Position numbers and translations under genes: made by a program. From the NCBI GenBank assembly GCA_963771075.1, contig CAVYSE010000018.1:192001-256000 (forward strand): a DNA stretch of 64,000 nt, in the 5' to 3' direction. This document shows, in pieces, positions 30,860 through 41,488 of the stretch. The stretch's first letter is position 1. Every line of letters starts with the position of its first letter. Source of the stretch: a candidate division FCPU426 bacterium (lineage in GTDB: Bacteria; Oederibacteriota; Muellerivitia; Muellerivitales; Muellerivitaceae). The notes beneath the pieces were generated by a model that saw only the letters and a program-made list of their open reading frames with translations, ran no database searches and was not told the DNA's origin.

Positions 30860-31909
30860 ATGGAAAAATGTTTATTTTGCGATTCGGACTGCACAGTGAA
30901 GATGGAGGTGGCAAACACTGGCTCTGCACCACGACCTTATTTGTGGGTCGGGTGTTCCTTTTGTGGGGATTACTTTTTTTCGGAGACCTTGATGGGGGAA
31001 ATTTCTGCCCGTCGTCAATCAATGTCGCCGCAAAGTAAGGTGAATTGCTCCTTTCGTTGTTTGAATATCAAGGGGGAACATATTGGAACGGGAGGGTTAA
31101 AACCTTATCCCTTTTGGACAACGAGGGCAGAATATGACGCTCTTATGGCGACGAAATCTTCTAATGACGTTGTGCTGATAATAGAAGATGTTGAATTTGA
31201 ATTCGTCGATCATGCGGAAAAACCATTCGTTTTTTTGGAAATGATTGCTAGAAATTTGGAGCACAAAGGGGCTTTTGAATATTTTAATTTTAATAAAAAG
31301 CACTTAACGTTGGCAAAAATTGGAACAGAAAATGAGCTTCAGAAAATTATTCATTTTCTTTTGGAAAAGAATTATGTAAGTTCTGGAAAACTTGGCCACG
31401 CTTTACTAGAACAGCTCAACGAAATTATGCATAGCAAAGGGTTGAATCTAACTGTGGGTGGGTGGGCGGCAGTAAAAGAGAGAAATTCTGGAATTAATTC
31501 CAAAAAGGTATTTATTGCCATTAAGTTTGAGTGGCCAACGGCTGAGGAACCTTTGCGTCTGGAAGTGTTACGGGCTATTCAGGAAGCTTGCGATGCAAAC
31601 GGATTTGTTGCCCAAATTGTAAACCAAAATACAACCGGGTACATTACAGACCAAATTATTGCTGATATTAAAAATTCTCGGTTTTTAATCGCGGAATATA
31701 CACATCATAATCATGGGGTTTATTACGAGGCTGGTTTTGCAAAAGGCCTTGGAAAATCTGTTTTTAACTTGGTAAGAGAAGATCATGAAAAAGATTTCCA
31801 TTTTGATGTACGTCAAGTTAACCGGCGCACCTGGACTACGGCCACTGATTTAAAGGACAAGCTTCGATCCTGGATTGCAGCTTCTGCCGCAGAAAACAGT
31901 TTGAGGTAA
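30860..31909 (+). CDS. Zn-finger protein with C-terminal nucleoside-deoxyribosyltransferase/TIR-like domain
   Basis: CxxC..CxxC; KVFIAIKF...ITDQIIADIKNSRFLIAEYTHHNHGVYYEAGFAKGLGK. Confidence 0.72.
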   Translation: MEKCLFCDSDCTVKMEVANTGSAPRPYLWVGCSFCGDYFFSETLMGEISARRQSMSPQSKVNCSFRCLNIKGEHIGTGGLKPYPFWTTRAEYDALMATKSSNDVVLIIEDVEFEFVDHAEKPFVFLEMIARNLEHKGAFEYFNFNKKHLTLAKIGTENELQKIIHFLLEKNYVSSGKLGHALLEQLNEIMHSKGLNLTVGGWAAVKERNSGINSKKVFIAIKFEWPTAEEPLRLEVLRAIQEACDANGFVAQIVNQNTTGYITDQIIADIKNSRFLIAEYTHHNHGVYYEAGFAKGLGKSVFNLVREDHEKDFHFDVRQVNRRTWTTATDLKDKLRSWIAASAAENSLR

Positions 31910-31955
31910 AACATGTGTATCTGTTACCAACTAAAACTGCTTAAGGAACGATGAT

Positions 31956-32633
31956 ATGAACATTGATTTAAAAATGAATGAAACAAACCAAGCCTCAGTC
32001 CCGAATTCGGTTTACAGGTTTATTCCCATTCATCGGCTTTGGGAAATAATTGCCTCCAAAAAACTATATTTTTTAAGAAACACTAAATGGGAAGACCCGT
32101 TCGATGGTTATATAGCCGAACAGTGGTGTGAAAAGAATGGAAGATCCTATGAAAATTTTAGGAACAAGATTTATTTTTTATGCTGTACAACCGATAAACA
32201 CATTGAGTTCTTTTGGAGGGCATATACACCAAATAAAGACGGAGTAAGGATTGAGATTTCTGTTTCTGAATTGTTAAGTTGTGCGCCAGGAATGAAGGCT
32301 CGCTTAATCCATTATGATAAAAGAGATAATCTTCAAGAAATCATTTCGAAAGTAAAAAATGAAGCGTCATTGCTTACTGAATATTTTTTTTATAAAAGAG
32401 AAACATTTCAATATGAAAAGGAGCTTCGATTTTATTTTCGAAAAAAAGATCATTCTTCGGATGTTTTGGAGGTTCCGTTTGATCCGGCTAAAGTGCTTAA
32501 GAGTATTGTTTTTGATCCAAGAATGTCTAAACCTGTTTTCAAACTTCATGAAAAATTTATTGAACCTCATTTACCAAATGTCACCATATACCGCTCTAAT
32601 ATTTTTGATCCAAGGGGAACTTTCAGGTCATGA
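31956..32633 (+). CDS. DUF2971 family protein
   Basis: VYRF, WEDPFDG, FWRAYT...GVRI, YKRETFQYEKELRF. Confidence 0.75.
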   Translation: MNIDLKMNETNQASVPNSVYRFIPIHRLWEIIASKKLYFLRNTKWEDPFDGYIAEQWCEKNGRSYENFRNKIYFLCCTTDKHIEFFWRAYTPNKDGVRIEISVSELLSCAPGMKARLIHYDKRDNLQEIISKVKNEASLLTEYFFYKRETFQYEKELRFYFRKKDHSSDVLEVPFDPAKVLKSIVFDPRMSKPVFKLHEKFIEPHLPNVTIYRSNIFDPRGTFRS

Positions 32634-32836
32634 AAGACTTTCCCTTTTGGCGCGGTGCCATTTACAACGCTAAAACCCAGATTACACTTAAAGCTGTTGG
32701 GGAAGACCTCTCCAAATTCCAAAAACAATCCGGACTTTTCGTTGACGAGGAAGCCAAACTAACCGGCGACCAGCTGACCACCCTACGAAAACAGTATTCT
32801 GAAAAGATGAAAAAACTCGTTGTCGAAAGGATTTGA
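32630..32836 (+). CDS. Small hypothetical protein
   Basis: 68 aa; ATGA overlap with DUF2971 gene. Confidence 0.45.
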   Translation: MKDFPFWRGAIYNAKTQITLKAVGEDLSKFQKQSGLFVDEEAKLTGDQLTTLRKQYSEKMKKLVVERI

Positions 32837-32837
32837 A

Positions 32838-32901
32838 ATGAATGAACCAAGTTCTTTACCAACACAACAAATAGGGAAGCTTGGGGAATTACTTGTTCAA
32901 T
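32838..32901 (+). pseudogene. 5' stub of a probable PD-(D/E)XK nuclease gene cut by IS21
   Basis: MNEPSSLPTQQIGKLGELLVQ (GxxGE helix typical of such nucleases) ends at the IS left end. Confidence 0.4.
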
Positions 32902-33032
32902 TGTAAACGCCGGTCCAAAAGTGTGACGGTCTGAGGGGCCAAAAAGGCGGTCGAAAAGTGTGACACTCCCCGAATATCCGGGAAGATGTGGGGTTTTCAA
33001 CGATGAAAACCACGCCACCGGAAGGAAAAGGA

Positions 33033-34545
33033 GTGTACAAAGACATGGACCAATGGACGGAAATCCGCAAGAAAATCCTGGTGGAAGGGGTCTCCAAGCG
33101 CCAGGTGATGGAAGAAGAAGGCATCCACTGGGAAACCCTCAAGAAAATACTCGCCCATAGCCAGCCGCCCGGCTACCAGATGAACCAGGAGAGGCCCCAG
33201 CCCAAGATTGGGCCCTTCCTGGGCCGAATCAAGCAAATCCTCCAGGACGATAAGCACATCCACAAAAAACAGCGCCATACCGCCAAGCGCATTTTCGAGC
33301 GCCTACGCAAGGAGGATGGCTACACCGGCGGCTATAGCCAGGTCAAAAAGGCCGTCCGGGGGATCAAACGAAGGAATAGCGAGGTGTTCGTGCCGTTGAC
33401 GCACCGGCCCGGCGAGGCCCAGGTGGACTTTGGGCACGCCCTGGTCAAGCTCAACGGCGTGTTGGTGAAACGCCCCTACTTTGTGATGGCCTTGCCCTAT
33501 TCGGACGCTTTCTTCGTGCAGATATTCGAGCGGGAAAGCACGGAGTTCGTCTGGGAAGGCCACATCCGGGCCTTCAAGTATTTCGGTGGCGTACCCTGGC
33601 GGATCAGCTACGACAACGCCAAGACCCTCGTGAAGAAGTTGATCGGGGTACACGAACGGGAATTGACGCGGGGTTTCCAGCAGTTGGTGAGCCACTATCT
33701 CTTCGACCACCACTTCTGCACCATACGCCGGGGCAACGAAAAGGGTGTGGTGGAAGGCGGGGTGAAATATGTGCGACTGAATTTCATGGTGCCGGTTCCG
33801 CAAGTGGGAAACTTGGAGGAACTAAACGAAAAATTGGTGGTGAACTGCCGTGAGGACTTGGAACGCAAATTGCGGGGTAAAGGACTTCCCAAGGGGCAAC
33901 TTCTAGACGAGGATAAGGCCCATTTCAGGCCCTTGCCGGCCGCTGTTTTTGACGCCTGCATCAAGCAGTCCACCACGGCCACTTCCTTGTCCCTGGTGCG
34001 CTTCGACACCAACGACTATTCCGTGCCGACGGAATGGGCACACCATCCGGTAGTGGTGAAGGGATACATCGACCGGGTGGATGTCTATTACAGGGAAAAG
34101 CGGATTGCGACCCATGATCGTCTGTGGTGCAAGGAAGGCGTGGTCTTCAATCCGGTGCATTATTTGGCGATTTTGGAAGGGAAAACCGGGAGCCTTCGAT
34201 CATGCCAGGCCCCTGGAAGACTGGAATCTGCCAGAGAATTTCGCCCTCCTGCGCCGCCGCATGAAAGCCAAGGAAAAGAGCCACGGTGAGGGAACACGGG
34301 AATTCATCAAGACGATGCGGCTTTTGGAAAAACATTCCATGGGCAGGCTCCACCGGGCGGTGAAGAAGGCCGTGGGGATGGAAATCTATACCCGCGACGC
34401 TGTCGCCCAATTGCTCTACTCCAGGGAAGATTTCAGGCTGACCACCTTCAGCTTGGCCGGTCGTGAACACTTGCGACGAGTGCAGGTGGCTCGAACGGAT
34501 CTCTCGGCCTACCGCGAACTGATGGCAGTGGGGGGTGAAGCGTGA
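33033..34545 (+). CDS. istA: IS21 transposase, frameshifted at ~34179-34185
   Basis: EAQVDFG, YDNAK, EKGVVE DDE motifs; C-terminus KPGAFDHARPL is in another frame (one extra base). Confidence 0.9.
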
Positions 34546-35333
34546 GCACTTCCAAAAACACTCTCCTGCTGGAACATCACCTCAAGAAACTCAAACTGCC
34601 AACGATGCAGCGCGAGTACGACAAGATGGCCCAACTCTGCCGCACCGAGCGTAGCGACTATCCGCAGTACCTTCTCAAGCTGGCCGAGCTGGAACTTCTG
34701 GATCGGGAGCGCCGGGCCAAGGAGAGGCGCATCCGGGATGCTGGTTTTCCCGTGCTCAAGACTTTGGACACGTTCGATTTCAAGGCCCAGCCTTCGATCA
34801 ACCAGGAATTGACCCGGGAACTCATGCGGGGAGAGTACATGGACAAAAAAGAAAACATCCTGCTGATCGGCAACTCCGGAACAGGTAAAACCCATTTGGC
34901 CACGGCCCTGGCCTTCCAGGCCTGTTGCCAGGGCCGGGCGGTGAAGTTTTTCTCTGTTACCGGTCTTGTGACGGAGCTTCTGGAGCGCCGTGAGGAAAAA
35001 CAATTGGCCAAGTTCCATCGTCAGTTGGCCAGGCTCCACCTGATCGTCCTGGACGAGCTGGGTTATGTGCCATTCACCAAGGCGGGGGCCGAGCTGCTAT
35101 TCGAGGTGGTCAGCAAGGCTTACGAGCGGACCAGCCTGCTGGTAACGACCAACCTTCCCTTCGAAAACTGGGTGGAAATCATGGGTTCGGAGAGGATGAC
35201 GGGGGCTCTTATTGACCGTTTGACCCATCGGGTGCATATTTTGGAGGCCAACGGCCAAAGCTTTAGATTAACAGAATCAAAAAAACGGCTCGGCCGGGTT
35301 CCCCGGCCGAACAAAGACAAGAAGGATGGATAA
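34542..35333 (+). CDS. istB: IS21 helper ATPase
   Basis: GNSGTGKT Walker A, LIVLDELGY, TTNLPF, LIDRLTH. Confidence 0.96.
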   Translation: MSTSKNTLLLEHHLKKLKLPTMQREYDKMAQLCRTERSDYPQYLLKLAELELLDRERRAKERRIRDAGFPVLKTLDTFDFKAQPSINQELTRELMRGEYMDKKENILLIGNSGTGKTHLATALAFQACCQGRAVKFFSVTGLVTELLERREEKQLAKFHRQLARLHLIVLDELGYVPFTKAGAELLFEVVSKAYERTSLLVTTNLPFENWVEIMGSERMTGALIDRLTHRVHILEANGQSFRLTESKKRLGRVPRPNKDKKDG

Positions 35334-35613
35334 AAGCTAACCAACGACCATACACCCTAAAGGCGTATGGAAGGCGGGGGGTGTCACACTTTTGGATCGC
35401 CCACCGTCACACTTTTCGACCGGCGGGGACAGACTACGAAGGATAAAAACACAACAGAACCTAAGCCCTGTCCACAGGGCCTTTTTGCGTCCGGCAGGGA
35501 AGGGTGATCCCTCCCCTGCACCCCACCCCTCCTAAAGAAAAACCAAAATTCTTATTACTCACTTTTGGTATAGTATTTATTGTGGATTAATCTTTAGGAG
35601 TAAGGGGATTGAA

Positions 35614-36816
35614 ATGGAAGATATTGCCAGTCCAAAAGACTTTTCAGAATACGAAAAAGAAGTCTCGGATAAGTTGGATGAATTTGGAAAAGGCCTTTCC
35701 GAAGAATTCTTTCAAGTTCTGAATAACTTGCTATTACATAGCTATCCCAAAAATCAAGAAAATGGGCTAAAAGCTTTCATGAGTATGTTGGGATTTGGCG
35801 CTTCCTTTGTTTTCGATTCCAATGCGATCCAGAGGGTTATTCGATATGAGTTGAAGGGTGGGAAATCTGCCGCCTTGTCCGCTATGCGGACAGGTTATGT
35901 AACCGCACTATCGCCGCCGAATATAGATTATGAAATCGCAAATCACGCCGCAGAGATTGCCAAATATTGCGGTGTGGAACCAATAGATGTCCTTAATTTT
36001 TACCATGGCAAAATTAGACCATTTATCCAATTGATGGAAGTTTCGGACCAAGTTTTATACGAAAAAATTAAGTCTGGCATCAAGGACAAGGATGACGCTC
36101 CGTTTGTTGCCTTGGGTCTGGAAACCGAATCGATAGGCATTGTTACCGAGGATGGAGTTGTTAAAGATCAAGAAGGGGTAAAGACTTACCTCTTAGAGGA
36201 CATCGCCAGGGTCCATGTACATTGTCGAAAAAGAGGAATGGTTATATTCCTAAGTATCTTAAATGTTATTGCGTTTGTTCTTTTTGTGAAAACAATCATG
36301 AGCTTTTTTGGGATGATTTTTCGTTTTGTAAGAAACAACCCTGGACTGATATTAGGAATTCTGGCGGGCGCAGGGTTAATTTATTTGTTGTTTAGAGAAG
36401 AAATTAATCAAAAAATAAAAGAGAATTTTGGCGAGAATTGGGAAAAAATAAAAGACCAAATGGGTCTTATTTGGAAAGATCTAAGCCCTTACTTGGGAGC
36501 GATACTTTTGCAAATTTGCCAAAGGATGCAGGAGACCAAGAAAGAGTTGGGGCAAATAACTGACGGAAAAACAGAACGGCTTGAATCCTTTCGAAACAGG
36601 CAATCTAACACTCTCGTTTCTCTGGACAAGTTGATTGAGCAAGTTTTATTGGCTCTAAAAAAGCCTTTGAGTTTACGAGAAATCCGAGAGGCGTTGAAAT
36701 CGGTCGGCTTTAAACCGAGAGGCAAAAACACGATTTATTACGAAGTCAAAAAGGCCTTGGTAATGAACCCAAGATTCATTCAGGATACAAATGGATGTTA
36801 CCTAGTAAATACCTAA
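35614..36816 (+). CDS. PIN-domain membrane protein with C-terminal winged-helix
   Basis: VFDSNA...DKDDAPFVALG...IVTED PIN motifs; two TM segments; KKPLSLREIREAL...NPRF wHTH-like end. Confidence 0.65.
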   Translation: MEDIASPKDFSEYEKEVSDKLDEFGKGLSEEFFQVLNNLLLHSYPKNQENGLKAFMSMLGFGASFVFDSNAIQRVIRYELKGGKSAALSAMRTGYVTALSPPNIDYEIANHAAEIAKYCGVEPIDVLNFYHGKIRPFIQLMEVSDQVLYEKIKSGIKDKDDAPFVALGLETESIGIVTEDGVVKDQEGVKTYLLEDIARVHVHCRKRGMVIFLSILNVIAFVLFVKTIMSFFGMIFRFVRNNPGLILGILAGAGLIYLLFREEINQKIKENFGENWEKIKDQMGLIWKDLSPYLGAILLQICQRMQETKKELGQITDGKTERLESFRNRQSNTLVSLDKLIEQVLLALKKPLSLREIREALKSVGFKPRGKNTIYYEVKKALVMNPRFIQDTNGCYLVNT

Positions 36817-36837
36817 ATTGATCTCGAAAGAATAAAA

Positions 36838-39800
36838 ATGATACGTGGAGACCTTTTTTCTAAAGAGTTTTTGGTTGATGGAATTCGTGAGTTTCCGGAG
36901 TGGAATCAACTCAAAGCCGAAACTATTGCCGAGTTTAAAACGGCTTTAATTGCCATCTTTTCTAAATTTCCAATTTCCAAAAGCCCAAATGAAGCCACCA
37001 CTGAACGTGACCTAATTGAACCGATTCTAAAACAACTATCTTGGGTTGATTACCTTCCCCAACAAACCGCCGCTAAAAAAGGCCGTTCTGATGTTCCGGA
37101 TTTTTTGTTATTTGCAAATAATGAGGATAAGGATAAAGCGAACAAAGAAAATGAAGAATCTAGTCGTTATCGGCATGGTTTATCAATTTTAGAAGCAAAA
37201 GCTTGGGACATTTCCTTAGACAGAGGGATAGGCAAAGGAAAATCCCAAGGTTCTGTCCCTTCCCATCAAATCCTCCGTTATATGAGTCGTGTGGAGATCC
37301 TATCTGAAAAGAAAATTAAATGGGGATTTTTAACAAACGGAAGGTTTTGGCGAATCTATTATCAAGATGCCAAGTCTCGGTCGGAAGAATTCCTTGAAAT
37401 GGATTTGAAAGTAATTTTAGGCTTGGAAGGCGCAGGGCCTGAGTTATTTAATCAGGAGGACTTGTATAACCAAGATTGGCTTAAAGTTTTTTATATTCTT
37501 TTTGGGAAAGAATACTTTTTAAAACGGGATGTTGATAGAAAGTCATTCCATGATCGTGTTGTTGAGACTGCAAAGTATTGGGAAGAACAAGTATCCAAAG
37601 GTTTGAGCGATGTTGTTTTTAATATAGTTTTTCCTCTTTTGGCAGAAGGATTCTATTTGGGTTCAAAAAAAAGAAATTCTTCACCAAAACCAAATCTACA
37701 AGAAGTTCGTGATGGAACCCTAACAATTCTTTATCGCCTATTATTCGTTTTTTATGCGGAAGATAGATCGTTATTACCTGTAAATGATACGCGTTATGTA
37801 AATTATGGGTTGAGGCAAAATATTCGCCAAGACATAGCGGATAGAAAAGATAGGCAAGATACTTTCAGCGAAACCCAAACAAATTATTACCAAAGACTTA
37901 AAAATCTTTTTAGGGCTATAGATAAAGGGGACGCTTCAATTGGTCTTCCGCCTTATAACGGGGGCTTGTTTGATAATCTTCAAAATTCACTTATCGAAGA
38001 GGTTGAACTCTCGGATCATTTAATGGCTGATGTTATTGATAATTTATCCAGGCATGAAGAAAACGGACAAAAGAAATGGATTAATTATCGGGACCTATCT
38101 GTGCAACATTTGGGGTCAATTTACGAACGGCTTCTCGCTTTTGAGTTAGTTCTTAACAAAGGAAAAGTTGAGGTGCGGCCTAGTATCTTTTCTAGAAAAA
38201 CAAGCGGCGGTTACTATACTCCGGAGGTGTTGGTTCGATTAATTTTGAGTAAGACGATAGGGCCAATTCTCGAAGAGAAAAAACAAAAATTCTTATTAAA
38301 GGCACAAGAGCTAGGAAAAATTAAATCCAACAAACAGAATAATATAAAGGAACTTGAAGAACTTGATCCTGCTGAAAATATCTTAAAATTAAGATTTTGT
38401 GACCCTGCAATGGGAAGTGGGCATTTCCTAGTTTCTTTAGTGGACTTCCTTGCAGATTGCATTTTGGAAGCCACTGTTGAAGCTCAAAATGTTGTTGAGG
38501 AAGAATTGGAAGGCTTGAATTATGTTTCGCCCCTTCTCAAGGAAATTTCTGACATTCAAATCAAAATATCTGAAAAAGGGAAACGACAACACTGGACCAT
38601 TTTTACAAGCCAATTAGATGACCGGCATATTATTCGGCGTATGATCCTTAAACGTTGTGTTTATGGTATTGACAAAAACCCCATGGCCGTTGAACTGGCC
38701 AAAGTTTCTTTATGGTTACATACCTTTACAGTTGGTGCCCCATTATCTTTCTTAGATCACCATTTGAAATGTGGGGATTCCTTGTTTGGAGAGTTTACTT
38801 TTGAATTAGAAGATTATTTAAGGTCGCGGGGTAGTTTAGTAATTGATGAAGCGGTGAAAATTGCAAAAGAAGCTGCCCAAGAAATAAAGAACATCGAAGA
38901 AATATCAGATATTGACTTGATTGAGATTAAAAACTCCGAAGAGAAATTTAATGCGATTCGAAAAAGAGTTGATCCGATAAATAAATTTTATAGTTTTGTA
39001 CATGCTGGACGTTGGATGGTTCGAGAAAACAGTGAAAACAAAATCCATTTTAACTCGATTTTGGACGGCCAATATGGTGATCCCATTGATGTGGCTATTT
39101 CAAAGGATTTGCCTAAAACTATAAAAGAACCCGAAGCTATTCAATTTTGGAATTCGGCTAGAAAATTAGCTAATGAAGAAAGATTTTTTAATTGGGAAAT
39201 AGCTTATCCGAGGGTTTGGGATAAATGGGAAGATAAATTACCAGTTGGTGGGTTTGATGCCGTAATTGGAAATCCCCCTTGGGATAGGATGAAATTTCAG
39301 CAAGTTGAGTGGTTTGAAACTCGAAATCTGGAAATTGCAAAGGCTACAAGAGCCTCGGAACGGGAAAAGTTGATTGAAAAACTTAAGAAGAACAAAGATC
39401 CACTTTGGAATGATTTTGTTCTTGCTGATACCCGAACAAAGGTTGCGGTAGATGTCGCTCGAAATGAAGGTCAGTATCCCCTTCTCTCGGGAGGTGATGT
39501 AAACATTTACAGTCTTTTTGTTGAGCGTTCCCATAGGCTGGTTAAGAATGATGGGATTGTCGGTTTGGTAATCCCATCGGGGATTGCTGGTGATAAAGGC
39601 TCATCCGAATTTTTTAAAAGTTTATCAACCTCAGGAAGACTGTCGGCATTATTTGATTTCGAAAATAAAAAAGTATTTTTTCCTGATATTCATGCTTCTT
39701 TTAAATTTCTTTGTTATGTGGCTGGTGGAAAAGATAGAAAATTCGAAAATACATCGTGCGCTTATTTTCTTCATGATATTGACGAAATCAATGACCCTGA

Positions 39801-40905
39801 AAGATGTTTCAATTTAACTGCTGAAGACTTTTCCAGAGTCAATCCCAATACTGGAACTGCGCCGATATTTAAATCAAAACGAGCAGCGATGTTAACCAAA
39901 GATATTTATAAGCGGAATGGCATCTTAAACGACCATAAAACTGGAAGCGCATGGCCAATAAAATATTTCAACATGTTCCATATGACGAACGATTCAAACC
40001 TTTTTAAAACCCGAGAAGAACTCGAAAAAGATAATTTTTACCTCGTGGACGAAGGGAAAATGAAAAAAGGGAAATCGGAATATTTGCCGCTTTACGAAGG
40101 CAAAATGGTTCAAGCTTATGATCACAGAGCAGCGGGAATTAAAGTTAACTCGGAAAATGTAAATCGACCAGCACAACCAGTTTCCACCTCTTTTGCAAAT
40201 CATTCTGACCCTGAGTATTTCCCAACTCCACAATTTTGGGTTGAAGATAAAGAAGTTGATTCGAGATTAGCTGTTAATGAAAAAGATAAGCCTGGTTGGT
40301 ATCTTTCTTTTAAAGACGTAACAGCTTCAACGAATATTAGGTCAATGATTTCTTCTTTTATACCGCGAAGGGCCGTGGGAAACACTTTACCCTTAATTTT
40401 ATTTTCCGAAAATCGAAACGAATTGGGGCCTTTGCTTTTGGCGAATTTTAATTCTCTCCCGTTCGATTTTTTGTGTCGTCAAAAAATCCAGGGACAACAT
40501 CTAAATTGGTACATAGTAGAACAAGTTCCGGTTATTTCTCCAACAAGGTTCGATGAGGTCATTGGAAAAAATAAAATCGGGGATCTAATTAGAAAATGCG
40601 TTTTAGAGTTAACTTACACTTCAAATGATATGAAAAAATTTGCTGAAGATATGGGTTTGATGCAGGGTCCATTTTCCTGGGATGAAGAAAAAAGGCGGCA
40701 TTTGAAAGCAAGGATTGATGCGTTATTCTTTATGCTGTATGGCTTAGAAGATGATGACGTTAAATTTGTAATGGAAGACTTTTCAATAATTAAAAAAGAA
40801 GATACTGAACAGTTTAGCGGTAAATTCGTTACTAGAGATTTGGTTTTAGGATATATGAGAGCTTATAAGGCCGGTGACGTTGATACGAAGTTGAGTCTTA
40901 AGTAA
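36838..40905 (+). CDS. Type IIG (Eco57I-like) restriction-modification enzyme
   Basis: VPDF...LEAK, LTNGRFWRIY, GSIYE, RKTSGGYYTP, DPAMGSGHFL, VIGNPPW, LPLYEGKM. Confidence 0.92.
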   Translation: MIRGDLFSKEFLVDGIREFPEWNQLKAETIAEFKTALIAIFSKFPISKSPNEATTERDLIEPILKQLSWVDYLPQQTAAKKGRSDVPDFLLFANNEDKDKANKENEESSRYRHGLSILEAKAWDISLDRGIGKGKSQGSVPSHQILRYMSRVEILSEKKIKWGFLTNGRFWRIYYQDAKSRSEEFLEMDLKVILGLEGAGPELFNQEDLYNQDWLKVFYILFGKEYFLKRDVDRKSFHDRVVETAKYWEEQVSKGLSDVVFNIVFPLLAEGFYLGSKKRNSSPKPNLQEVRDGTLTILYRLLFVFYAEDRSLLPVNDTRYVNYGLRQNIRQDIADRKDRQDTFSETQTNYYQRLKNLFRAIDKGDASIGLPPYNGGLFDNLQNSLIEEVELSDHLMADVIDNLSRHEENGQKKWINYRDLSVQHLGSIYERLLAFELVLNKGKVEVRPSIFSRKTSGGYYTPEVLVRLILSKTIGPILEEKKQKFLLKAQELGKIKSNKQNNIKELEELDPAENILKLRFCDPAMGSGHFLVSLVDFLADCILEATVEAQNVVEEELEGLNYVSPLLKEISDIQIKISEKGKRQHWTIFTSQLDDRHIIRRMILKRCVYGIDKNPMAVELAKVSLWLHTFTVGAPLSFLDHHLKCGDSLFGEFTFELEDYLRSRGSLVIDEAVKIAKEAAQEIKNIEEISDIDLIEIKNSEEKFNAIRKRVDPINKFYSFVHAGRWMVRENSENKIHFNSILDGQYGDPIDVAISKDLPKTIKEPEAIQFWNSARKLANEERFFNWEIAYPRVWDKWEDKLPVGGFDAVIGNPPWDRMKFQQVEWFETRNLEIAKATRASEREKLIEKLKKNKDPLWNDFVLADTRTKVAVDVARNEGQYPLLSGGDVNIYSLFVERSHRLVKNDGIVGLVIPSGIAGDKGSSEFFKSLSTSGRLSALFDFENKKVFFPDIHASFKFLCYVAGGKDRKFENTSCAYFLHDIDEINDPERCFNLTAEDFSRVNPNTGTAPIFKSKRAAMLTKDIYKRNGILNDHKTGSAWPIKYFNMFHMTNDSNLFKTREELEKDNFYLVDEGKMKKGKSEYLPLYEGKMVQAYDHRAAGIKVNSENVNRPAQPVSTSFANHSDPEYFPTPQFWVEDKEVDSRLAVNEKDKPGWYLSFKDVTASTNIRSMISSFIPRRAVGNTLPLILFSENRNELGPLLLANFNSLPFDFLCRQKIQGQHLNWYIVEQVPVISPTRFDEVIGKNKIGDLIRKCVLELTYTSNDMKKFAEDMGLMQGPFSWDEEKRRHLKARIDALFFMLYGLEDDDVKFVMEDFSIIKKEDTEQFSGKFVTRDLVLGYMRAYKAGDVDTKLSLK

Positions 40906-41488
40906 TAAATTCAAAATTATCAAATCAGCCCAGAGTGACCGACATTTTCTTAAAAAACATCTTTTGCCTGCACATGGCCCTCCCAAAAAGGATGGTGTGC
41001 AACCACTGACAAACACTTACCGGGCGACTATTACGATAAAATGGTCGAAATCCTGATTTCTGGCCTTCGGCCTGTTCAATTTCGACACGTAGCAACGTCT
41101 GCTTGAGGGCAGACGGCTACGAGACAGATTGTGGACCAGCAATTGGAGGCAGAAGTCCATTAATCGCAAAATGGCTCCGCCAGCTATTCGACTTCTGCAC
41201 AATTCACCTTTGCTTGAGAGCAAAGGGAATAGAAGGCGGGGATCAGGCTGGCTTATGTTTTGAATGAGATTTTTAAGTAAGGATTTAACCACGAAGGAGC
41301 GGAGGCGCGGAGACACAGAGTAAAGAAGGAGAGAACCACCCCCCCTTAAACAGCCGCCTTGATTTTCATGACTGGTGACTGTTATTTGCTCCTTTATCAC
41401 GTCATATACAGCGACACTTTCTCAATCTACCCCCGTCATAACCTCGTAAGTTTTTAATCTTATAAGCAAAAATCTTGGAGGTTTTTTC

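Larger units (their letters stand above)
32902..35431 (+). mobile_element. IS21-family insertion sequence
   Basis: TGT...ACA ends; IRL TGTAAACGCCGGTCCAAAAGTGTGACGGT vs IRR revcomp TGTCCCCGCCGGTCGAAAAGTGTGACGGT; duplicated AAAAGTGTGAC sites at both ends; istA-istB. Confidence 0.95.

Noticed and set aside
26700..32900. Integron cassette array
   Set aside because: No integron integrase and no recurring attC-like sites recognised between genes
33171..33178. GGCTACCA as distal attR of the island
   Set aside because: 8-bp match inside istA coding sequence, likely chance; no convincing attR seen
34170..34200. Programmed frameshift in istA
   Set aside because: It splits a conserved internal region and needs removal of one base; mutation or sequencing error is simpler
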